From contig BQFW01000008.1 in NCBI GenBank assembly GCA_020891255.1, forward strand, positions 2,418,001 through 2,482,000: a stretch of DNA of 64,000 nucleotides, read 5' to 3'. A model generated the notes under the pieces. That model saw only the letters and a list, made by a program, of their open reading frames with translations, did not search any database and was not told the DNA's origin. A program made the translations under genes and the position numbers. This document shows positions 37,634 through 47,657 of the stretch, one piece after another. The DNA comes from Entomortierella parvispora E1425. Its lineage: Eukaryota; Fungi; Mortierellomycota. Within the stretch, counting starts at the first letter, position 1, and the number at the start of each line of letters is the position of its first letter.

Positions 37634-38735
37634 TTATTGCTGCTTGTAATACTGCGTCTTTGAACAAGTTTCCACAATCAACTTTGCAAAATCGCCCTTT
37701 TCCGAGCATCCAACCGTTCGGATCCCTCGGTCTTCCAAGATCTGGCGCAACTCCTTGGGTCTCAATTGCATAAGCTCCTCGTAACTTTGAGTAATCACTG
37801 GCAGCGCTACAGGTTCCTTCCGGGTCGAGGATGCCTTGGCGGCATTGTCTTCCAAAGTCTTTGCGAATTGAGGGTCCATGGGATGACCAGAAAACACAAC
37901 CTTGTTGTTCACAATCACGGCCGCAAAGGGGATTCCAGTCGCACCACTAGGTTTGAAGACCTCTAAAAATAATGCATAGTTGAAAGAAGGTGTGATTTGA
38001 TGAGGACCCTGATAAAAAGCTCGAACCAAAAAACAACAACAAATGGGGCGATCGACGTACTAGATGCCAAAGACTGGTTCTTATCCATGACAACGGTATA
38101 TTCCATACTCTTGCTCTTGACAAACTCGCGGATTTTCTATTTTGGCCATCGATGATGCGTGGTGATTGCGGGACGTCAAAAATCTCAATTGCCACCAAAT
38201 GAACTTTTTATCTCCTTGTTTCCCACGCGAGACTCTTTCATTCCATGTTACCTGTTCGTCCTGTTCATTGGTAGATCCAACAATTGTCACATCCACATCC
38301 TTGTACTTGCGCTGGAGCTCTGACAAGTGAGGGATACTATCCAGAGAGACGATCAAGAGAGGAGATAAGAAGGACAAAATCGATCAGACCTTGATTGTGC
38401 TCCAATATCATTTCGATCATGGCGGATTCATGAGCCGCCCTCTGTCGACAAATACCTTTGGAGACATGGTCCGCACCATCTAATAAAGAAAAGGAGATTG
38501 ATAACATCAGAACAGGTATTGTATGGAACAAAAAAGAGTAGGTGGGGCGAGCGAAGGCAGGAGAGCAGCGTCTCCCTGCAAAAGATCCAACCCGCAGCTT
38601 TTCTTACGTGGCCCAGAACTCGAGAACCACGACCTTGGTCCGGCCTTCTGGAACAGGCTCTCCGATCGTGGTTGCGGGGTCGCCATTGATGACCAAGAAG
38701 TCGTTAATAAATGGAACAGTTGATCCGACGGACAT
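37634..38735 (-). CDS. TlpA/redoxin-like thioredoxin (WCGPC) with a C-terminal SAP-like helical domain
   Basis: Spliced VVVLEFWAT|WCGPCLQS|IPHLSELQRKYKDVDVTIVG, then GIPFAAVIVNNKVVFSGHP, then LMQLRPKELRQILEDRGIRTVGCSEKGDFAKLI. ATG at 38735. The active site lies on a 24-nt exon at about 38456-38479. Confidence 0.82.
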
Positions 38736-39277
38736 TTTTTCTTGTAATGAAGTAAAGAAAGATGAGCGAGTGGGAGGATGGATGACAAAGAATGGAATCG
38801 CGCTGCTTGGCTACAAAATAATTTTCGGTCATAAGTCTGTAGGATAAAAATTATTCTGAATTTCAATTTTATTAAACGACGGTATTTAGATGTGTTACAA
38901 AAAGTGAGTGTAGAGTGAAGACGACACAAAAAGGTATTTTTTTTCCAAAAGGGTATGTAAGTTTTAAGGTCATGACAAAGTGAAATGGAAGGGGAGAGGT
39001 GCAAAAAGTGCAAAAAGAAATAAATATGACAAGAAATGAGAAGGAAGGGACATTAATGAGCAAAAAGGTGCAGGAAGTCTACCTCTTTTGCTCGCTGGTA
39101 CAAAACGAGAAAGGGGTTGGGGTTAAACCTTCACACATGTTAAGAAAGAAGTGTAAAAGTCTGAAGAATGGTGTATGAACAAACAGAAAATAATACAGGG
39201 AAGAGGGGAGGGAGGTATCTGAACAATTGAACATGGGGGGTGGAAGGGTGGTTATGTAAAATAAATGGGAAGGTCAC

Positions 39278-40869
39278 TTATCGCACAGCGACAAAGTGGT
39301 TGTTGTACCAAGAAGAACCCGAGGACGACGACGAGGAAGCATCGGGGACAGAGACAATGGAACCGTTATCGGGGTTCACGATGGGGATCCTCGACACGGG
39401 ACGAGGAGGGGAATAAGCGCCACTGGTGGGACTGGTCATACCCATCGAGTACGCGTGCATCTGCTGCTGTTGTTGCTGCTGTTGGATCACCTGGGGAGAA
39501 AATTGATAGGCTTGAGATCCGTACATGCTGTTGAACAATTGGTTCTGCTGCTGTTGTTGTTGCTGCTGTCGAGAGGATGGTACAAGGTTGAAATAAGAGT
39601 CCGATGGGGTCATCACGGCTGCAGGCGTAGTCGCACTGGAGTATCGGCCTGGCCGTCCATGGGTTGATGGAGCCTTGTTGGGGGGAATATACAGGGGGGT
39701 GCGGCTGTTTGGGTCAACGATCGAAATGGCGCGAGAAGCCGGAATGCTCGAGGTAGGGGAGGTGGGCGACGAGGCCCCAGAAGAGGAGGACGAGGACGAG
39801 GAAAATGAAGAGGCGCGGAACTGCTTGGCCTGGCTCTCCTTCTGGGCAAGGATGGAAGCAAGGATGATCTCGGACAGCTATTGGAAGAGCAGGGCGAGAG
39901 GTGGGAGAGGGCGCACGGAATGAAAAGAGATGACGAAGACAAAGAAGGTTAGCTTTGGGTTCGGGGTGTTTGTTTGCGTTGCGCGGACAAAGTATGTGGA
40001 TGGCGCACAGAGGAACAACGTGGGGTGAATCATAAATTAGGCAGGAATGAAAATGGCGTGGTGTCTGTGTGCCGTGCCGTGGCCACACTGGCCTGCTGTC
40101 CGTGAAGAGGAAAGCCCTTGACTGGACAATTGGGCAGATGCAGTTGGGGCAAGAGGTTTGGGCAGACAAAAAACATTTGATGATGCCTGTGTGTTGACAA
40201 AGGTTTGCTTTGGCATCCCTTTCTCTTCAACACAAACAACTGTAAACAACCACTGATCGAATAGAGAGAGACCAACTGGGGAAGGACAAGCTGTTGATAT
40301 GCAGCTTTGTTGACAGTGACGAACGATGTGGTAAAAAACACACGAAAACATGAACAACTGATGCATGCCATGCATGTTTCTCTCTCCGTCTCACTCACTC
40401 CTCTTGTTACAATGCAAAAGAGCTCACTTCTCCCTGCCAATAAACCAAAGCTTGGACCCACATTGCACCCTTTCCACTCCACGGACAGCGCTGCACGTTC
40501 AGCTTTGCGTTCAAAAAAAGCCCATTGCAAGTCATAGACCCAATACGACAAATGAACGAGGCTGAGAGCTCACGCACAATAAACTGGCATCCCCCATCGA
40601 TAACAAGAAGGGACAATCACTGCTTTACCTCTTTGGCGGTCAAGGACGGGCAAAAGTCGAGGTCGTCGTCAAAGGACTTGGCTGCCTCCTGGCTGAGTCG
40701 GTACTGTTCAAGGTGTAAAACTAAAATAAAAAAAAAGTCATCGGATCGGGAAAAGGGGGAGCAGGAAGATACGCGAGCGCGTTAGTCAAAAGAGTCGACA
40801 ATTGATACTGCTTCCAAGAATATGCGTGAGAGAAAAAGAGAGAAGGACAAAGTGCGCACCTTGAGCCAT
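39278..40869 (-). CDS. Uncharacterised 233-aa protein with N-terminal SFDDDLDFCP motif, Ser-rich and poly-Q regions (3 exons)
   Basis: Exons 40869-40860 (ATGGCTCAAG), 40720-40629 and 39877-39278 join in frame with GT-AG junctions: MAQVLHLEQYRLSQEAAKSFDDDLDFCPSLTAKE|LSEIILASILAQKE...HFVAVR*. Confidence 0.78.
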
Positions 40870-41151
40870 GTTGGGAGAAGACAGTGAGAAGAAGAGAGAG
40901 GAGGAGGCTGGGCTGCTTGGAGGTGGGGAACTGCGGAGGTTGGTTTCAGAAAGAGTTGGAGAGGACGTGAAAGAATAATATTGTGTTTAAAGTAGGGGAG
41001 AGTGCGTGTAAAAGCAAGGAAGAGTGCAAAAGTGGAGGCGTCGAGAGGAAGGATGAGGATGAAGAAAGGACAAAAGCGGGATGACTTGAAGAGAGATGGG
41101 GTTGCAAAGAGAAAGAGATGGTGGGCGCATGTTGGGGGAATGCAGGGCGGC

Positions 41152-41159
41152 TTATATAT
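41152..41159 (-). promoter_or_regulatory. TATA-like box (ATATATAAG) for the 40869 gene
   Basis: It lies ~285 nt upstream of the ATG and is followed by a pyrimidine-rich leader. Confidence 0.4.
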
Positions 41160-41407
41160 CCCCGCGGGCCAGAGCAATTAGCCAGGTCAACCCCCCACCG
41201 CAGCCAAGACGCACCGTCTGTCAGCCGGTGAGCTCTCGATCGGTCAGGCAAATGAGCGCACTGGAGTGGAAGAATCGAGAGCCACAGAGAGAGAGCATTG
41301 GAACAGTGGAACACAACCACAGTACAGAGTCTGTCAGCAAGAGAAAAAAAGAAGTAAGCAAAATAAGTGTGTGTTAGAACTGAGACTAATTTCAATAAAA
41401 GTCAGCT

Positions 41408-41491
41408 CTGAGAAATACATACGTATTCTAGACCAAGTCTAGTTCGTCGCAGCATCAGTTTGATGTGACTCGGAAAGTTGTGTTCCAGTCG
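41408..41491 (-). ncRNA. Candidate omegaRNA scaffold / element 3' end of Fanzor A
   Basis: CGACTGGAAC-CAAC-TTTCC...GATGC...ATACGTATGTATTTCTCAG is shared with Fanzor B. Hairpin CTAGAC-TTG-GTCTAG. The ncRNA call is an inference. Confidence 0.4.
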
Positions 41492-42145
41492 TTGATGAGC
41501 TGGTGCTGGGAAGGGGGTGCGACCACAGTCGCTTGATGGTGGTGGAGAACGGGGCTAGCGTGCTCCGATCGGATGAAGTCAGCTGAGAATAGCCCGCGAT
41601 GGCGATGTTCAGGGATGCATTGCCGTCACGGCCTCGGATAGTGTATCCACAGCGGTACGATATGCACTTTGCATTCGTGCATTCAACCGCTCCGTTAAGT
41701 CGGACAAGCTTCATGGTCCCTTTTCGCATCCGACGGGCTCGAGCAAGTCGGATGGGCTTGAAACAAAAAGGACAAGTCTTTGAAGTGTTGTTCTCGTTCG
41801 TCTTGCAGACCGGTCCATGGTGCATGTGTCTGTGCGGGATCTCGTTCCCCCCCATTCTTGTATTGCCCTTCAGGCGTGATCCCACTCCCATACCTGCCGC
41901 CCCATGAAGAAATAATGGGATGACTTTGGGCAGAGACCGCGGGCAGTTCTGGACGTGCTTGAGGACGAGGCGTTTCTTTCCCAATGGATCCATTATTAGC
42001 TCTGGTCTGTGATGGGTTTTACACGAAGGGCAAAAACCGTTAGATTGGATCTTGTCTTGCAATTGAGGAGTCATTGCTACAGACGACGATGATACTGAAG
42101 GAAAGGGAGGCTTGACTGGTACTTGATTGCCTAGTAAGTTTATAT

Positions 42146-42179
<34 letters not shown>

Positions 42180-45100
42180 AACTTTACTGTTGTTTTCCTG
42201 TTGCACGCCAATCATTCAAAAGTTCAAACATTGTACTTGCCTTGGCCCATGTTTTTGAAGACTTGACGCTCTTTGGCGGCTACATGATCATAGGTCCTCT
42301 TTAGCCGTCGGGCGACATTGCGGCTCGCCCTGGCCATGCTTTTCGTATGCTCAAAAGCATGGACCTTGTCTCTGACGTCTCGACGACCCGTGGCAGCCTT
42401 CTTCATGTCCGCAACGGTGTTTGCTTTCAGAGGCGACATGGTCCCCAATTTGTCATACACAGATTGGATATCCAAAGTTCTTTCAATCGCCTTTTTCCTG
42501 CGCTTAGTCTGTCGCGTGAGGCCTGACAGATGGCGGATATGGGCGACCGTCGTCTTGTGCGTCTCGGGGATCTTGATTAGGGCAAGCGCCTCCTTCCTGC
42601 CAGCTTTCAATGCCATTTCTAACTCATCCTGGTCTGCAGTGGCTTCTGGCGGGTCCTCGGATTCTTCTGACAGTAGGTGGAAGCGATTTTGTAGCTTGAT
42701 GAGGGTCGACTCGGGCACCACCACAGTCTCAAAAAGAGTCTTTGCACCGGGATCAGTTCCCCCTGGAACCAGGGTGATTTGGCGGCTACCACTTTTCCCG
42801 TTGTTCTCTGCAATGTCCTTCCTGAGCTGCTTGATACAGGTTGCCTCCACGTAGTCCATCGATCCTGGCCGTGCTCCAGAAGGTGTCGAAGTGTAGGTAG
42901 GCTTGGCTGGCGCTGAAGAACTCGACTTGCTGGCAGCGGCACGGGATCTGGCACTATTTACAGCGGCAACAATCGTCGCAGATGAAGATGAAGCCGGAGC
43001 AGGAGCGACAGACTTGCCTTTCCCCTTGGAGTTGGCACGCGACGAGGTCAAAGCTTTTGCTGCAGCTTTCTTTTCCCTGGCGTATTTCTGGTAGGCGTAC
43101 CTTTCTTCTTTGAGATTCTTGATCTCGAACGCAAGGGGAGGGATCTCCGCCCGTGAATTTTGAACAAAAATCCGCTGGTCATTGAAGTTGTTGTAAGCAA
43201 TCTGGAGGGCCTCCTTCGTGATCGGTTCTGTATCACTCTCAGTGGGGTCAGTGTCCACATCCATCGCAGCTTCCATGTCCTGACCAGTGTCCAAATCCAT
43301 TTCAGCCGGGGATGAAGAGCCGGAAGTGCTTTCTTCATTGTCGACATCCATAGAGACAGTGGAGGCCTTTACGAGTGACAATTTGTCCTGCAGGATCTTG
43401 TTCAAAAGACTTTGCTGCTTCGCCTGTTTTGCAATCGCGCGGTTGAGTTTTCCAAGCTTGGCTGCTTTCTCCTTCAAAGTCTCTTCCAACTCTTTGGCGC
43501 GCTCTTCTGCCGCGTCTGCCGTTATTCCAGATTGAACAAGTTCTTGCTGGCGGGAGGGATGCTTGGACTTTGACGACGGCTGAATGTGTTTTTTCTTTTT
43601 CTCGGACCAAGCATCTTGCACCGAGTCGTTGTTCGTTTTTGAGCCCATGATCTGCACAGTCCACGGATCAACGTACACTATTCTAGAGTGCAAAGACAGC
43701 AAATTGAGGCTCCGTTTAGTTTTCAGTTTGTCATGATTGTGTTGTAGTGTTGCGCAAACCATAGTGGTCCTTACCGTTCTTCAAATCGAAGATGATGTCG
43801 TTTGCAAACGTTCATCACGAAATTCAAGTCGAAAAAGGCTCCAAGAACCTTTTTCACGTTAACGTGTTTCTTGGCCTGGTCCGTGGACAGCACCTTTCCG
43901 TCGCTCACGATTTCAAATTCCTCTTCATTTCTTGAACAAAGCACTTCTCGAATCCCAGGCGCATCCAGTACGGTCGGATGGCTCTTCCCGCAAGAAGACA
44001 TCGGGAACAACTTGCGCGCAAAATCAGGATATCCCAGTGCACGCAGTAGGTTGTTTGCCAGAAAACAGAAGGGTCCCAAGACGAGAATGTGTTCCTGCAA
44101 CTTGTTTGAATCATCTCTTTTAGGGGTGTATGGCCGAAGCTTGTTCACAATATCGACGACCGCTTTGATCTCGTCATCGCTGAACTTTTCCGGCTCATAG
44201 AGATGATCGCGAACATAGTCTGGCAAGATTTCCGCTGGACAATCAGCTTTATCAAGCAGGATACCAGTGACAGCCTCTAACGCCTGAAGGTGTTTTGAGC
44301 TTGGTTCAGGAGCTGGTTCGTCTATAGGACAAGCGGTGGTTATTATAATGACTTGGAGACTAGCGGCACATTCTCATGAGGTAACGTCATTCTTACCTTC
44401 GGCACTGGCCTCTTGTTCAGGTTCCAACTTTGGAGTGGATTCGTCTGATGGATCTTCTTGAGCACACTCCATCGCTGCTTCATCAAAACCATCGTCCTCA
44501 TCCGCCAAGTCGTCCTCGTCAAGATAATCCCGGTCGTTCTCCTCCCGCGCCAATTCTATAATGTCGACCTCGGATGGTATGCCGTCGCTGTCGCTGATCT
44601 GCTCGTCACTACCGTCCTTTTTGCGTTTGAGCTCGAGTTCAAGGATGACAATCTCCTCGTCGGCGACTTTGATCTTGTCACAGAAATCAGAGATCATGCA
44701 GAGGATATTCTGGACCCTGGCGGTCCGGGGTTGCCTCCCTTTCAAGTCGATGGGATCTCGTAGTTCCAATCTCGTGCTATTCCAAGCCGACTTGCAGGTG
44801 CTGATAGCCTCATCCAGCTGAATGAAGAGCTTTTTCAATGTCCAACGATAGGCCTTTCGACGTACATATGGAGTCTGCAGTTTCTCCGCTGCTTTTGCCG
44901 CCTTGCTTTCTGCAAACTTTTTCTTGAGATCCCGGTAACGTTGCTCTCCGAGAGGTCGAAGATGGACTCTCAATAAGTAACGAATAACCGCTCTTTTGAG
45001 ATCGAGATACATCTTTGCCTTCCAGATGTTTTTGTAGTTGGCAGCCATTGTCTTGATGTGCCCCAGCCTAGAAGTAGAGAGGCCCTTGGGACATTCGACG

Positions 45101-47312
45101 TTGTCAACATAACCAGCGTCCTTATTCCATGCCTGGCTGACAAAGGCGGCCATACTGGTCCAGAGAGGGTGGGACTGCTTCGCGTTGGCGGCAGGTCTGG
45201 GACGTTTGGTGCCTACCGATCGGGATGTTCCTAGAGAACTTGGACCAGCGACAGGATCAGAGTTGTCGTCCTCTTCCTCCTCGTCGTCTGGTTCGTCGCG
45301 ATGGCCCTGCTCTTCATCGGTAATTGGGTCCTCATCATCATGGTCATCATCGCTGCCCCGCTTCTGCTTCTTGCTCGACGCGGTCTTGTCATCTAGATTC
45401 CTCTTTAGCTGCGCAGCGATGTACTGAATACATTCTTGGGAAAACAGATCTTGGTTGTCCGTTTCGACTGCCGTTCTCTTTGCGTCCTCGTGGCAATATC
45501 TCCTCACGTCTGCCTGAAAGTCATCGGGCACCAAAGAGACTCTGAGGGAAGAGTTTTTTTTAAGATTGGCATCGCGTATCTCAAAGGCCTCTGGAAGAAT
45601 CCCGCGAATGTCGAATTCGTTGGGAGAGCATTGCTCGGAGCGAAACTCTCCTTGTAACACCTGCAAGTAATATGAAGGACAAGAGCTATTAATAACAATA
45701 TCTTTTGACTCGTCAAGGTCTCTCACCATCGTAAGGTCATTCCGTCTACTTACCCCTAGTTGGGCCATCATGATCGCCATTCGCAGCTCCTCAATATGCG
45801 ACGACATGTCTGCCTGCTTGGTGGCGAGTATCTCCTTGATCCTGCTCTTTTCATCAGCTGAAAATTCCTTCCGAAGAACATTATCAAGTGTTACTGACAC
45901 CGTACGCAACTGCAACTCGGGAACCTTTTCCTCTGGCACAGCGTCTTTCTGGGAACGGTCCTTCTTGCGAGCCATCTCGAGAGCCTTCTCGGCCATCTCG
46001 AGAGCCTTCTCGGCCTTCTCGAGAGCCTTCTCCCAAAGGTTGTCAAAGTCCTTCTTGACGATCAAACGGTATTCATGAACGGGCTTCCAGTTACTTTCCC
46101 CCTGCTTGCTTTTCTTTGCCATCATCTGGTTTGAAACGTTGTTTGCACACCATGTGCCTGGTTCCATACGATGCAAGGGCTCGATGGTAGTTGTCGTCGC
46201 TTGCATGACATTTCGAGGTACACCGATTCTTTTTTGCTCAAATCTCTTTGCCGCTTCCATTTTTTTCTTTAGAGACTCCTCGGTCATGCTCTTGGCTGTC
46301 AGCGCCTTTTTGACCGCCTTTTCAACTTGTTCCGACAAAGAATTTGAACTAGCAAATAGTGGGCAGCAATTTGTTAACAAGGACGCTTCGGTATTGCAAG
46401 GATAGAGTCACATATACACTTACAGCTCCTTCTGTAGTGCCGGCATTGCAATGTCCAATTGCAAGACAGGATAGCCTGGTTTCTGGTTCCTTTTCTTTCC
46501 TGGTCTAAACCGTGCAAGCTCATTACCCAGTTCATTATGCGGACCCTGTGGTGGATTCTGAGATGGCGTCCTTGGGGGTCCTGTTAGAAGGTTGGAGCAG
46601 GTGAGGGGTGCATATGTCGAGACCTGCTCATACGAGTTTCCAATATGTAAAATGCCGACACAGCGAGAGGGTTGTCCTGTCGTTGGCCTGTACACCTGGG
46701 TGTGCGACCGCGTTGATGGTATGACAATGGTGATGTTGAGGATTTCAGATAGTCGTCGCAGCAGTAGCCTTGTTGGGGGAAGGTCAAATCCCTTGCAAAT
46801 GGATTCGCCTTCGCAGTTGGACGCGCCGTCGCAGTGGGCTTTGCACTTCATCCAGATCCTGAATTTTGGTGCTGGAGCTCGGTTCAACAAGCTGACAATC
46901 AACGCAGCCAAGGATTCTGGCCCATTCTGAGCCACAGGTTCATCCTGGACAATGAGACCATAGGTGTCCTGGAGAGCCTGCAGTGTTTGATTAAGCTTTT
47001 CGTTGCGGGGCAATGGTACAGACTCAGCGCAGACGCTCTCGAGTTGGGGCCATAATCGAGGGTCCTGCTCAAACGACATGCATTCCTTGGCCTGGCCCAA
47101 AAAGTTTTCATCGTCTTCAAAGGTAATGGCAAGCTACAAATGGGCATTCAGTCATTAGTTTCTCATGCAAGCCTTTTGTTTGCGAATGGAGGAATCACCA
47201 TTCAAAAGAGCCTTACCTCTTCATCAGATTCCAAGAGCTTCAGTTGTTCGACAGTAAGGTCGGTGTAGGAATATGAATCCTCTGGTGTCTGGCCGTGACT
47301 ATCGGGTTCCAT
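41439..47312 (-). CDS. Fanzor A: giant (1,781 aa predicted) 7-exon TnpB/Fanzor-family RNA-guided endonuclease
   Basis: Exons 47312-47217, 47133-46424, 46348-45754, 45660-44397, 44321-43775, 43682-42241 (GC donor) and 42130-41439 sum to 5,346 nt in frame. RuvC-I GGTDPG (D 42752-54); LHGAAGMGVGSRLKG; TNENNTSKTCPFC (E 41793-95); CTNAKC; RDGNASLNI (D 41625-27). Confidence 0.9.
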
Positions 47313-47402
47313 GCTTGGTGGGAGGTATGTTATCACTGGAAAGGGGGAGGGGAGGAGGGAAGAGGGATTTCGAGTCTTTGGGCCACAGAGGCGCGCTTTA
47401 TT

Positions 47403-47415
47403 CGACGCGCGTGCA
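47403..47415 (-). promoter_or_regulatory. CGCG-core (MCB-like) motif upstream of Fanzor A (TGCACGCGCGTCG)
   Basis: About 90-100 nt upstream of ATG 47312. Matches TGCAGACGCGTCG upstream of Fanzor B. Confidence 0.45.
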
Positions 47416-47657
47416 AGTTTCGTTAAGGGGGTGGACCTGTGGTCCTGATTGTTGGGATTGTTGTGGAGATGTCCACAATGGCCACAAAGACCGCGTGTTT
47501 TTCTCTTGAAACGGACTATCCACAAGGATTGGGTCCGATCACAAAGACCTGCATCCATGGATAACATCGCCGCCAGTACCTTCTCTAGCGTCTGTGGCCA
47601 TTATGAATACGGACCTCCATATATGGGTATTGGAAATATTCCTGTTGCCGTCTGTGT

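Noticed and set aside
41420-41445. CTAG-containing hairpin at the Fanzor A end as a second Helitron terminus
   Set aside because: It lacks a GC-rich palindrome 8-12 nt upstream of a CTAG. It is kept only as part of the omegaRNA candidate.
42146-42176. Long homopolymer runs (here, ~55790-55812 and ~58660-58684) as possible retro-insertion tails
   Set aside because: All lie inside predicted introns as polypyrimidine tracts on the coding strand, with no TSD.
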